A DNA stretch of 63,411 bases, counting the filler, from Folioceros fuciformis (taxonomy: Eukaryota): assembly GCA_049999805.1 (NCBI GenBank). It is 14 parts of 14 records of this genome, joined end to end, with 100 filler letters (N's around TTAATTAATTAA, not from the genome) between each part and the next. Parts side by side here need not be neighbours in the genome. Positions count along the whole stretch, not along the records: positions 37,501 to 41,021 come from JBNGIO010001176.1; positions 41,122 to 46,212 come from JBNGIO010001177.1; positions 46,313 to 51,263 come from JBNGIO010001178.1; 11 more parts are not named here. One strand, given 5' to 3'. The translations under genes and the position numbers were made by a program. The notes under the pieces were generated by a model, which was not told where the DNA came from, searched no databases, and saw only the letters and a list, made by a program, of their open reading frames with translations. Positions 37,545-50,059 of the stretch are shown here, one piece after another (within the stretch, counting starts at the first letter, position 1; each line of letters starts with the position of its first letter).

Positions 37545-38305
37545 TCAACCAAAACAAACTACTACCCCAAACTTTGGAGGTTCACAACGAGGGAAGCTCC
37601 CCACAGCATCTAAGTCATCATTAGTGGTTTTGGCAATGGGGTTGATGTTGGTCATGTTCGGCTCAAACTCAGAGGTTTTCAGCTCAACTAGAATCGGAGC
37701 TGAAGGCAAAGCCCTCATTGGAGGGCGCTCAACAATGGGGAGAGTGCCCATCATAGGCTCATATGCGTGCAGAGTAGCTCGACGTGTTATAGGCTGTTCG
37801 CGTCCTCCACTCTCGCCAATGCTGCTAGCTCTCTTCATGTTGATGTGTTGAGGACTCTGGGCAGGGCTTGCGTTATGTGAGGCTCCAGAGCGTGTCTTCA
37901 TCTTCAGTCTTGCGCGCGAAATCGTTTTGCTAAATAGGAATCTAGCGCAGTGTAGGGTTATTAAAGCCCAATGTGCTTAGACTACTATGTTTAGTCTAAG
38001 ATTAGTGTCTAGTTAAGTATCATTAGTTTAGATTAGCTTAAGCTAATCTGTAGGACGCTTCTTGCGCAGCTTCCTGTGCACTTCTTATGAAGCTTCCTTG
38101 GGAGCTCCTCTAGAGGGTATAAATACCCCCCTGAGCTCCCTTGCAATGTGAGAATCTGTGTGAGAGTATGACCTCTCTTTCTCCTCTCCTCCTTGCTTCC
38201 TCCTCTCCTCCTTCACCATGTGGCTCCTCTAGTGATCCTTCACACGGTATTCAAGGAAGGCAATCAAGAGCTCTGGGCCGTGTACGCTAGGAGTACGCTC
38301 CGTCA
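37545..38305. mobile_element. LTR-like segment (about 37951-38305) with an adjacent minus-strand ORF starting MKTRSG
   Basis: TG...CGTCA boundaries, TATAAATACCCC box and a CT-rich tract. An MxTRS start is common in retrotransposon ORFs. Orientation is ambiguous and no partner LTR is present. Confidence 0.4.
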
Positions 38306-38714
38306 CTAATAGTAGCTGAGGCATAATGGTATACAATGATTATAAATTCAAACCTATGGTTGTATAAACCATGCTGGTTTAGTGGGAGTGTTAGGAATGA
38401 AACCCTAACATAATTTATACCTTAGTTATTAGACTAGAGGTTAATTACATAACTCAAGAGACACATTTCAATTTTGTACTTAAAGACATTTTCCTCTTTA
38501 TTAATTAATGCTTTTCTTACAAGCACGCTTCCGCGTTTATTAGCATATTTCACTTTGGATAAAACCTATCTTCTTGAGATAAGAGTCCATTCTCTCATAC
38601 CATAAGCGTGGTCTTTGCTTTAATTTATAAATGGAACAAATAAGTTTACACATCTTGTTTGGGTATTGCTTATCTTTGTGGTTGACCATCAAGAAAAGCA
38701 ATAAAAACGTTAAG

Positions 38715-39960
38715 CTAGTAAATTTTCAAATTAAGCTTGAAACATAAAGCCAAAAGCATTCTAACTGAAGCAGCCTTGACTATAGGTGAATAAACCTTAT
38801 TGCCCTGATAGTCCACTCCCTCTTTCTTACTATAACTCTTAGCCACTAGTCTCGCCTTGTAGCAAACACAAGGTTCAACCTCTTGGAATTTAGTTTTGAG
38901 AACCCACTTGCATTTGATACTGGTCTTGTGGATTAAGAACACCAAAGTCTTCTTTGTTTTCATAAGGATCAGAAATTGCCTATTCATCTTCCCCCTCTTG
39001 AGCAAAAACATTAGGGATAGGCCCTACTTAAGGTGAAGAGGCCAGGGAGGGACTAGAAGTGCCAGGACGAGAGTTAGGGAAAATAGAGAGCCGAGTCAAA
39101 AACTCAAGCATAAGGTCACTTGGGCCGATAAAAGCAGTGTCATCTGAAGGAGTCAAAGTAGAATCCATGGATACAGAATGAGCATATACTAACCAAGCCT
39201 CATCAAAAGTGACAGTGCAAGCATATACAAGAGCATAGATATCCAAGTCAACCAATTTATAAGCCTTACAGCCTTCACCATAGCCAACAAACACCACCTT
39301 GTGAGCGCGAGTAGAAAGCTTGTCGTGAAGCTAAGAGGAAATATGAGCATAAGCTGGGCAGCCAAAAATCTGAAGATGAGTGATAAGAGGCTTGTATCCA
39401 TGCGAAGACTCAAAGAGAGTCCGACTGGGAGTTGACTTGAAAAGAAGCTTGTTGCACAGATAAACTGTTTAACTACTTTGGCCCATAAGGATTTGGGGAG
39501 CTGAGTGCGGGCTAGCATTGCACGGGCCATGGCAAGCATATCGGCATTGGTCTTTTCAGCAACCCAATTCTACTAAGAAGTATAGGGAACCGTAATCTGA
39601 AAGATAATCCCCCTCTCAACACAGAAATCCTTGAATTGCCAGTTATTTAATTCTCCTGCATTGTCAGATCTAATGCATTGAAGCTTGCAACCAATTTGTA
39701 GCTCAGCCATAGTCACAAAAGGAGTTGAAGGAATCACCCTTCAGCTTGAGTGGAATATCAAAAGTATAGCAACTATAGTCATCAACAATAGTCATAAAGT
39801 GTAGTGCATTGCCAAGTGAAAGGATTGGGAGTGGACCACAAAGATCAACAGTGACAAACTCCAAGCGCTAAGTAGCCTGACGGGCAAGTAGAGTAGGATA
39901 GGGGAAGCTATGTTGTTTAGCATATATACAAGGTTCACATAACAATGGAGTTTTGTAAAA
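38715..39960 (-). mobile_element. Decayed Ty1/copia integrase to start of RT
   Basis: MARAMLARTQLPKSLWA, VFVGYGEGCKAYKL, IKCKWVLK..YKARLVAK. Heavily frameshifted. Confidence 0.85.
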
Positions 39961-40754
39961 AGTGTGGTAGCTTATAACAAGGTTTGTGCCTAACGGTCAG
40001 ATTCCACAAAGTCCGTTTCGTGCACAGTTGAGTTTACATCATCTTGGTCACATCTACATTTTAGCCTTTTTTTCAAAAAACACGTATATTGACGTGTGTT
40101 GGGCATAAACAATCTCCATTTGTTTGCTTCAAGACCAAGATGATGTGAGACTTGTGCCCTTTCAAACTTCAAAAATTTTTAAAACAAGAATCTTGCTTTT
40201 AGTGCGCCAGTGTACCGTCTCACTAAAGTTCATGTTTGTCGGAGGGGAAATTGTGTGTCTGCATGTCGTGTATTAAAAAATGACATAATCAAATATGTTT
40301 ATGTGTATATTATACCATCCACTTCCACTATGCTCAGCACAAACTTAAACAAAAACATGATCGTCTTGGTTGGCTTCGAAATCCACAACTACATCTACAT
40401 CTTTCAGGCGCTAGCCCTTTGTGTCTCCGAAGTTGTCACCCTCCACTTCCAAAATAGAGAAATGCGACCCGGGTCATCCACTGTCTAAGGCGGGATTGTC
40501 TCGTTCTCATCCCATACTGCCATAGCATGCGTATAGGTCTTCAGCTGGTCTGTCGTCCTACTGAGAAAGGATCTCTCCTTTTTTCCCCAAAAAATTGAAT
40601 ACGTGCATCCAACAATCAACGCTACCATCCGCGCAGACTTCTTTGGCCCAAAACTTCGCGGGCCTATGCGAGAATGGTTCTGTGCTGATCTCCTTATCAG
40701 AGTCTGGCAAAGACCCTATGCCACTCACCCACTGCATAATGTAAGTGGTGCATC

Positions 40755-40975
40755 TTATGACAAATCCACTACAACAACATGCCTTGCTCTTTGAATCGTA
40801 GACTGTAGAAATGAATCGAATCCTGCACAACCATCCACCACCCAATCCCCTTTAACAGAGAACTTATTCACCAACATACCCATTAAACCAAGGGGCTTCT
40901 GGTAAGACGAGACAACTAGGGGATCTGAAGAGTGTAACAAATGTTTCTTCACAACAGCTCCATGTCTTATAACTC
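40755..40975 (-). pseudogene. Fragment resembling the C-terminal SAM-binding part of an N4-cytosine/N6-adenine DNA methyltransferase (beta class)
   Basis: YQKPLGLMGMLVNKFSVKGDWVVDGCAGFDSFLQSTIQRARHVVVVDLS matches the family pattern QKP..L...I...S..GD.VLD.F.GSG......A....R..IG.E/D. It is flanked by stops and the upstream part is cut by the fragment edge. Confidence 0.6.
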
Positions 40976-41592
40976 ATGTCAATAGGATCGACTCCAGTCT
41001 ACGTGCAAGTGTAGGAGAGGANNNNNNNNNNNNNNNNNNNNNNNNNNNNNNNNNNNNNNNNNNNNTTAATTAATTAANNNNNNNNNNNNNNNNNNNNNNN
41101 NNNNNNNNNNNNNNNNNNNNNGGTTTGTATATACTTAATTATACTTAACTATCTATTCTAATAAGTGTTGAAACTTAATAAAAAATAATACTGATAAATA
41201 TCAAAAAATTTAAAATATGTAAATATAAATGTTGAACCTTTATTTTCTAATAAAAAATAAATTTGAATATAGATTTGTTGAATCATCCTTTAAGCTATAG
41301 TATGCTAAATATTGGACTCAAAATGCAAGATGATGGTGTTTGGATAAATATTAATTTTCTGGAACATTTATGGAAGCATAGAGCTCAATATGTTTTTTAG
41401 CTTGAAGTTGCAAAAATTTGTAATAGAGTCATCCCATTCCATTAAAAGGTGGTGAACGGAGTTATGAAACCCAAATTTCAGCCTTCTCCTTCATATCCTT
41501 GAGAGGGTTGTAAGCCATTTCTGTCACAACATGAGAGCTACAAGGACAACATATGACATACACATAATAATTTTATATTTAAAGGACATGCA

Positions 41593-41784
41593 ATTAGAGT
41601 TCTTATAACCATGGTGCATCTTCACATACTAGATTGAGGGATTGGAGTTCTTATACCCATGGTGCATCTTCACATACGAGAATGAGGGATTGGAGTTCTT
41701 ATACCCATGGTGCACCTTCACATACGAGAATGAGGTATTGGAGTTCTTATACCCATGGTGCATCTTCACACACCAGATTGAGGG
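41593..41784. repeat. 48-bp minisatellite, 4 copies
   Basis: ATTGGAGTTCTTATACCCATGGTGCATCTTCACATACGAGAATGAGGG repeated head-to-tail with a few substitutions. Confidence 0.95.
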
Positions 41785-42099
41785 AGATTGGTAGCAGCCT
41801 TAGGCAAACATTTTCTGAAATTAGTAGAAGATTAAGGTTAGGCTGGACACCATTGGGAGGAGTTTTAACCTAATTGTATGGATGTGTGTAAAAACTTGAA
41901 CATTTATTGAAGTACCCCAAGCTTGAAATCTCAAACTAATGTAACCCAATCATCTATTTGCTTGATTATGTCTGGCATTTAGTGTCCCCCTTGGTGTATT
42001 GCCTTGCTTGTTTCTTGGTAAGCCCCTTGAGCTCTTAGCCTTGGAGTGGGTTGTCCTTGCTTGTTTCTTGGTAAGCCAACAGGACTACCTTTGGGTGAT

Positions 42100-42760
42100 C
42101 AGGCACCAAAGGAGTCCCAAACAGGACTCGATGGCTCCGAGATGAGGTTACGCATCTGTCGACAACGTGCCTCTCTTCATCTTCTTTGGTTAGCTATTGG
42201 TGTTCTTCGAAGGTCAGGCTTTTGGTTTGGTGTTTTTTTCATGGATGCTTGCTTATAGCGAACCGGTGGGATGGACTACTTATGGCGGTAGGGGAAGAAT
42301 TTTGTAGGATGTGCATTTTAGGTGCACCAAACGAAAGTCAACACCTCTTATTCCGATGTGCCTTTGCTTAAGAAATTTGAGGGGAGATCACCAATTGGTT
42401 GCAGCGCCTCCTCCTAGCGGCAAATGTCACCATTGCGGAACAAACAGCCCTCTTTGGGCTTCGAGAGTCCTCTGGCAAACCGTTTCTCCGATTTTAATGG
42501 TGGGGCCTATTATGGAGCTCCTGTCTCTCAAGTTTATGGTGCAACTGGACGGCAGTGGTTTATGGTGGAAAAGACCCAGTCTCAATTAAGTCCATATTAT
42601 GGAAAATTTGGGGACAAGTTTTGATTGTTGCAAAGGGGATAAGAATGGCATTTTGGAGGAAATTTAAGTGCAAGGATTGGAGATGAGCGGGCTTCCTTGC
42701 TGTAGGGAACGAGATGAGGTGGAACCACTCATTCCCCTAGAGGGATTGAGATCTCCTTAT
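42100..42760 (+). mobile_element. Decayed 3' end of an L1 LINE ORF2 (zf-RVT-like)
   Basis: CRMC..NESQHLLFRCAFA*EIW, a CxxC..E...HL...C motif, followed by W-rich degenerate sequence. Confidence 0.5.
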
Positions 42761-42864
42761 GGCAACAACCTCAGGTTAGTGTCCCTTTATTGGTACATTT
42801 TTGTTTTTGGTAGCTTTGCTCCTTATTCCTCACTTCACATCTTGTAACCTTTAAATAGTGCAAG

Positions 42865-43105
42865 CTATCATAATCCGACCTTTTTTTCCACGAAAAACAC
42901 AAAAGCAATTTCTTGTTTGGCCCCGCATCTCCTATATTGATGATTTTGTATCACAATCTATCATAATCTGACCTTTGTTTCCACGAAAAAAAACAAAAAG
43001 CAATCCCTTGTTTGGCCCCACATGTCCATGATTTTGTATCACAGCTATCCGACCTTTCTTTCCACGAAAAGAGGAAGCATTTTCTCCTTCGGCCCCACAA
43101 TGTCT
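42865..43105. repeat. About three degenerate direct repeats (roughly 80-95 bp) next to the tRNA gene
   Basis: GACCTTT..TTTCCACGAAAA..AAGCA..GGCCCC recurs three times; ATGATTTTGTATCACA recurs twice. Confidence 0.75.
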
Positions 43106-43167
43106 TTTGCAGAGAATTTCCTGTCGCACAAGGTACGGACTTATGGTCTCCCTCAACGTGAAACTTG

Positions 43168-43239
43168 TGCGTCTGCCGGGAGTCGAACCCGGATCTATTG
43201 CTTGGAAGGCAATTATCCTGACCGTTGGACTACAAACGC
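43168..43239 (-). tRNA. tRNA-Gly (anticodon TCC)
   Basis: Reverse complement GCGTTTGTAGTCCAACGGTCAGGATAATTGCCTTCCAAGCAATAGATCCGGGTTCGACTCCCGGCAGACGCA. 72 nt, folds as a cloverleaf, GGTTCGA T-loop; resembles plant nuclear tRNA-Gly(TCC). Confidence 0.95.
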
Positions 43240-43621
43240 CTATGCCACATTTTCGGGCCTTATAACTAAACATAACTACAAATAAAAGGTAGATAGTGAG
43301 CGACAACATTTGAGAGAGACAAGTGCGAGGTGCAACAACGACTGGGAATGCATCTTGGGGGAAACTAGCGGACGGTTTGCCTTCCGGTAGTCTCCCTCAG
43401 AATCTGTCTGGGGGAAACGACAATGCATTGCTGTTTTGGGAAACTTTTGAGTATAATATTCTTTTAAAGGCATACAAATCCCTTGCCGAGCGGACGTAGC
43501 TATACTTGAAACATCGGCTAGCGCACGTTATCTATTCCAACGTAGGCGCTTCAGTCTGAAGATACTGCAAGCACCCGTGGTGTGATGTGAAGTGGTGTTG
43601 TTCGAGTACGCGCGAGGCGAC

Positions 43622-45645
43622 ATGGAGCTGAACGTCTCGTTGCTGCAGCTGCTCGCAGGTTTTGTGGCACTTGTGGTGTTTCTGCGATGGCTGGAACAGC
43701 CCAAGGCTGGGTCCAAGCTGAACCTGCCACCGAAGCCGCCGTCTTGGCCGGTAATCGGGCACTTGCATCTGTTTCTGGGATCTTCTCATCTTCACAGGGA
43801 GATGCATAGACTGGCGGAGAAGTACGGACCGATTCTGCATCTCCGGCTGCCAGGGAGGTCGGTGGTGCTCATCGCTTCCGCGGACACTGCTCGCGAAGTG
43901 CTCAAGGATCAGGACCGGAACTTGGCCTCTCGACCTCCCTTCTCGGCCTTCAATGGCATGGGATTCGTCGAGGGGTCCATAGCTGCCGCCCCTTACGGGT
44001 TGCGCTGGAGATACCTCAGGTCTGTCCGCGTGCGTGTGCTTAGCTGCCAGTCGCTACCACTGTCAGCTGTTTGATGCCGATGCGTGGGCTGGTGTCTAAC
44101 CCGGGGGGAGCTGTTTCAGGCAGGTGGCCATTACGAAGCTCCTGAGTGAGAAGCCAATGCAGAAGCATGCGGCGATGAGAGAGCTGGAAATGGATGCCTT
44201 TGTGTGCGCCATTTTTTATGACTCCGCCAGAGATGTGGGATTCAATTTGCACGACAAGATTGCTGGTCTATTCATGAATCTGACGACTAGGGTGTTGCTT
44301 GGAAGCCGGCTTTTCCACCTCCGCCACGGCTCACCACACGATTGTAGCCATCAAGAGGTGAGTGAGCCTGGGATGCGTGTCGGATGCACGCAAACTCTGC
44401 TCTGCGTGTCAGTATTCTTCTGTGAGGACGTCGTTGGCTTGATTGCTGTTCGCGAGGTGAAAGAAAGGGAGGTCCTCTCAGACTGGCCTTGCAGGCTAAT
44501 GATTCCGAGGGTCTTGATCTCTCACGAACGTTGGAGGATCTCCAGCGCGCGTATGGAGTCCCGCTGGTGGGAGATCATAACCCACGCCTGGCATTTCTGG
44601 ACTGGTGGTCCAAGAGGCGAATCGTCAAATTGCACAAGAAAGTGGACAAATTCTTGAACAAGCACCTAGATGAGCACAGGAAGCGAAAGAACGTCCATGA
44701 AGCAAATGCAAAGCAGGACTTCATGGATGATCTGCTATCCCTGCCGGCTGACGAAGGATCGGTACCCAACACAGACAACATGATCAAAGGATTAATTCTG
44801 GTGAGTTGCTGCCTCTTCTTTGGACTGGCCCATGGTGAGTAATATCTCGTCCAGTCACGCCGAAGACCTCGCCGAAAGTCCCGCGTTACTTTATCAGACT
44901 GTTTGCGCTGCAGGACTTGATGGGTGCTGGGATAGACACCTCTGCTTTGACCTTGGAGTGGACCATGGCAGAGCTGATCCGAAATCCTCACGTCATGAAG
45001 CGGGCACACGAGGAGCTCGATTCTGTGGTCGGGCGAGAACGCAGGGTGCAGGAAGCGGACATTCCCAATCTGCCCTTTCTTCAAGCCATCGTTCACGAAA
45101 GCCTGCGTCTACATCCTCCTGCCGCACATCTGCTCCCTCACGAAGCCATCGATAGTTGTCAGATTGGCGGGTACGACATCCCGGCCAAGACGACCGTGCT
45201 TGTCAGTATCTGGAGCATCTCACGGGCCAAATCCGTGTGGGAGAGCCCTGCAGAGTTTAAGCCAGAAAGGTTCCTGGGAAGGTATCTTCTAAGATTACCT
45301 TCAAGCTTTTTCCAGCTAGTTTCGCAGGAGCAGTCCCACGTCTCACAGTTGGGAACATGCCTAACAAATAACGTCATGGTGTGCAGGGATTTCGACGTCA
45401 CTGGCCAAAACTTTGACTTCATCCCTTTCGGATCTGGGAGGAGACGTTGTCCCGGCTACCTAATGGGCCTCGTCCATCTACAATATGCTGTGGCCACGTT
45501 ACTGCAAAGCTTTGATTGGCAACTTCCTCAGGGCCACAATCACCAGCTTATGGACATGGAGGAAACTTACGGACTGGCCGTGCGCAAGACCGTCCCTCTG
45601 CATGCTGTAGCTACTCCTCGCTTGCCTCCCGACCTTTATTGCTAG
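43622..45645 (+). CDS. Cytochrome P450, A-type (CYP71 clan), 5 exons
   Basis: N-terminal TM segment and LPPKPPSWPVIGHLHL, I-helix AGIDTS, K-helix ESLRLHPP, FKPERF, heme motif PFGSGRRRCPG. GT-AG introns at about 44020, 44358, 44801 and 45282. Confidence 0.95.
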
Positions 45646-46369
45646 CTCTCCTCGCGGTGAAGTTGATATTAGGAAGTTATTGCAGGTCGTACCTGAAAAA
45701 ACCTCTCTTCTCATATATCTCTAGTTTTTAAGTCTTCACGCATCTACCACCGGGTCCCCACGCACGGAAGGCCACAAAATGCTTCAGGGGCGTGCCTTTT
45801 CCGACAAGTAAGACAGGCCATCGTCCACTCACGGATCGTGTGGCTTCTCTTATGCTTTCCTTGCGACCAGGGGGCTCGATTGGGGGTTCTTTTGGGTCTC
45901 CCCTTCCCTCCAAACAACGGTAGATAATAAGTAGTGTGGGGGATAATGACTAAAAGGTTTTAACGAGATATAATGGACAAGGATTGCTCGTGAAAGACAA
46001 CGAACACCAGGAGATTTCTAACAAAACAAGCGTGGACTAACATTGACCCTACGTACTGGCCTCGAGAGTCGACAGTGGCCTCGTGGACACGGATTTCAAG
46101 CCCTCAACGGTGATGCAGCTTATATCGTGCTCGATAGTGTCACTCACGATTCAAGCTGGCCAGCATGGGCTTCGATTCATGTTCTGCCACAAGCGTTGTA
46201 GTCCAATGTTGGNNNNNNNNNNNNNNNNNNNNNNNNNNNNNNNNNNNNNNNNNNNNTTAATTAATTAANNNNNNNNNNNNNNNNNNNNNNNNNNNNNNNN
46301 NNNNNNNNNNNNGTGTGGAATAGTGTGGCACTGAAGCTCTGGGCACTTGAGGGAGGGATGAATGCGGAG

Positions 46370-49300
46370 TCAGGAGTCGGGTGAATTGAGCGTGTCTGAT
46401 GCAGTGGCTGCATCGGCTACCAATGCTGCAGGGATTCGGCCTTGAAGGCATGTTTCGATGTCGAAGGGTGTAAGAAAAAGGCCGTCGAAGATGAGGTTGA
46501 CACCAGGGAGGGAGATGTCTCCGCTCTCATCCTCATCGACGAAGTTGGAGCTCAGGCCTTTCATGCTTGGGGAAAGAGGGACTGAGTCATCGAAAGCTCG
46601 AGATGGTGCTTCGAATAGGGTTCCAAGTGGTAGTAACCTGCACATGCCAATATTGGGATTTTTAGGGTTTCTGTGGGGATGGGAGGTGCGGGAAGGGTTT
46701 GGGTTTGGGAAGGGGGCGGGAAACGTACTTTGGTAGTTCTCCAACGAAACTAGCGACTTCGGATCGTCGTCGTGCTCGGGTGGGTTGCTGCAGATCTGAT
46801 GATGGCGTTAAAGTCGGGGTGAGAGGTGGCATGCCGTCCAAGGGACTCCATTGTCCTGAGATGGAGGAGGAGGGGTGGGTTCCTTTTCCTCCATCGTAGG
46901 TAAGCTTGCACACGGAGCCGCCGGGTTGATAGTTGGCCATGAACTCCAGTAAGGTCTTTCTGAGCTTCTGCATGGCTTCTCCGTGCTTGATCAGGGAGGT
47001 AGGGTGGAAGAGATCAGCACGGACTACCGCTTCACATACTTGCTTACATAGCTCTGTGTTGAAGAGGGGCACCCCGAGCTCTACACTCTGAGGCACCCAT
47101 TCCCAGGCATCACTATCCGCAGACATGTGAGATGCGTCATGGTCTTGACCCGGCCTGTGGATTCGTATGAACCTGACGTATCCAACTGTTTGGAGATTGA
47201 GCTCCTCTGTTGCTCGCATGATTCCTGGATGTGGAGCGAAGGGTTCTACTCTTCGGCCTCCCTCTACGCTGGAGGTGGGCTGTGATAAGGGTAAGGGCAC
47301 ATCCTTGGTCACAGGACCTCCAGTTTCGGTGTTGGTGAGACATGTTCTCGGGAATGGCTGGACGAGTACTGCAGATTGCTTCAGAACTGCATTCAAGCAA
47401 TGTAGCAGTATGTTTCCCTCCACCAAAGTGCCCTCAAATTTGCCTCCAAGTCCCGCAAGACCGGTGCCATCCCAGGACCATATCAGAGCCTTGGCACATC
47501 CCGCCAAGTAGGGTGGGAGTAACCTCAGTCGTTGGCCCCTCACAAGTACCATGGACACAGGCCCCGACTGAGCCACAGAGTACAGCAACAGCTTCATCCA
47601 TGGAGACGAGGCAGCTAGGAAGGGAGGACCAAAGTGTATAGGGCCTTCGCCATCTGCAGAGACTACCGAAGGAGGAGCCGGTAGAGGAACCATGGACACT
47701 ACCACATTGTAGTCTCTTCTCAACACACGCTGTACAGTGGCTGGAGGCAAACCTGCTAAGCTTTCACAACGAATGACATCAACTTTGCAGTTACGAGCTT
47801 TCCTGTTCCGCTTCCCAGGCCCTGATGCAGAATCGGAGGATAAACTCGCGCCTGCATTCGTATCCATGTCCATAAGACTGGGAGGATGTGTATCTTGAGC
47901 AGCTCCATTCTTCAGAGCTGTGTTGCCTGCTTCGTCTTCCATGTCTCCGTCTATACTCGCGCCGCCTGATCGGATGCAATCCAACGCATGACGCAGGCTG
48001 AAAGCATGGACTGCCAACTCCTGCAATTCTCCCTCTAATTTTGTGCCCTCAACTTGCCTCAGGTCCTCACACATGTCAGCTACACTGGAGTCTCCAAGCT
48101 TTCCAGCCTCGTACAAACTCACAGCATGTCCTTTCAAGCCTGGGAAAAAGTGCAAACCAAGAATAAAAAAAAAAACGGACAACTCACTGTGACTGCACTG
48201 TGGATTACGTTACTTCCACGTCTCACATACCCGGCGATAATGAGCCCATCATGAGATACGACGTGAGGTTCGCATCCACCATGAAAGCAAATCTTGTTAC
48301 CCCACTCAGAGCCTTGGACTCTCCCACAGCAGGGTCAGGTTGGAATGCTCCCGACGCAACTGAAGTGGGGCTTGCTGGATGTTGGAAAGCCCACCCTTCA
48401 GCATCGCCCCCATTGCCATCACTAACTGCAGAACTATCACTTTCCTGAAGCAAAGACGCCGGATCCAACACCTTTTTTGCCCACCCAAGGCGACAAGCCA
48501 ACGACACAGCAGACTCAAGCTGGCCAAGATCTGCTTGCAATGTCGTTGCAAGTTCGGCCACAGTGGCACGCTCGCTCGAGGCCACGAAAACAGCATACAG
48601 AAGTCTGCGCAGATACATCCATCACACAGCTCCTCAACGAACCAGAAAAAACAAACTTCGTGGGCTGCCATGCAAACCATCAAGGCAGCATTACGCTTAC
48701 TCCTCTGTAGGGTCTTCGTACGATTGATCCTTGTTTGAAACAAATCCTTCCAGAGCAGACACTGTCTAGCAGCAAGGTGTGGAGAAATCAGAAACCATGA
48801 TATCACACCTTAATAAACTATTTTAAAATCAAGAATCACAAACCTTGAATATGATCATCTGGAAACACAGGTACATCCAGATAAACAACACCCTTCCGAA
48901 AGAGACCACGCACCAAGTCAATATCCAGCTCTCCAATGAGGTTTTTCGGATTGTCTTTTGTGAGATAGTTGATCAATTGTACATCTCTATCTGAAAATTT
49001 CTGTTTCTCATAATAGTTAACATTAACTAATCTTTACAAGATTAATTCTTGTAGCACAAGATTTCCAGAACTGCATGCTCATCCACAAATATAAGACAAA
49101 ATTTACTTTCAAGTCCTCTTGAGTCATGTCTATGACTCCCACTGTCCACCAAGGTTCCATAGGAAAATCTATAGGTTGTGTTGGGAGCATGTCTTTTACA
49201 ATAGCTTTGTTTATCTTCCACATGATTTTCTGTGTAGAATAGAAGATTCTTCAGCATACTTTACCAAATATAATTTGTTAAACACAATCTACTCTGATCT

Positions 49301-50059
49301 TCTTGCCTTAGCTCTGCATTTGTTCATGATGTCTATGAACTCATTTCGACCGATCCCAGTCAATCTCAATGCATCAGCTGCTGTGAAGTTTGGAATACTA
49401 TCATAGGGCTTCTCTACAAATAGCGATGACAATCAAGCTCTGATCACATTTCAATAACAAAGAAGAAGCTTTTGTTTGATTCAATAAGTATGTTACCATT
49501 TTTCATGATATCAAACAAGATATCGCTGTAATATCGAAATGGAGTGATCTTCATCACCCGGCAAATGTATCCTGAAAGGTTGTATGGAAACAACTGCAAA
49601 GAGAAGGTGACAACATTGTGTTATTTTATGGACAGCTTGAGCCACTAATTTAGCTTTGAAGGTTCTCTTGTACAAATGAGAGGCATCAATAGGTTGGATA
49701 AAATTGCAGTACTTGAAACACACCGCCTGACTCGTACGTAAGTAAGAAACAAGCTCCTCATAGTATTCGCTTTCTTTGCAAATCATTCTTGCTAAACAAT
49801 CGCTCCATTTCAGTCGTTTCTTGATGCAGTAATCTTTAACCCTAGAAAGTGAGGGCAATGTTCCATATAAGAAGGCAAAGATGCCTTTAGGTGATGAGAA
49901 ATCATGTTGCAAGATGCATATCTTCTCTAACTTTTTGTTCCAATCTTCTGATGTTGCAAAAAATAACTTCAAACGCTTTGGAAGCTTGTCCCATGTTGCT
50001 TCTTCTTGTATAGCTCGTCCTATCATTCCTTCCTCCACATTTGTGGCTTCTCTTTGCAT
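46370..50059 (-). CDS. FAM91A1: FAM91A1 homolog, multi-exon
   Basis: [140 protein letters not shown]. Confidence 0.93.

Noticed and set aside
41593-41784. 48-bp array as a CRISPR
   Set aside because: Units are contiguous with no unique spacers, there are no cas genes, and the context is eukaryotic. It is a minisatellite.
43070-43167. Dicistronic tRNA-Gly-snoRNA
   Set aside because: No box C/D motifs in the trailer.
46640-46730. Apparent frameshift or premature stop near the FAM91A1 C-terminus ([15 protein letters not shown])
   Set aside because: Explained by a GT..AG intron (GTACGT...GTGCAG on the minus strand).
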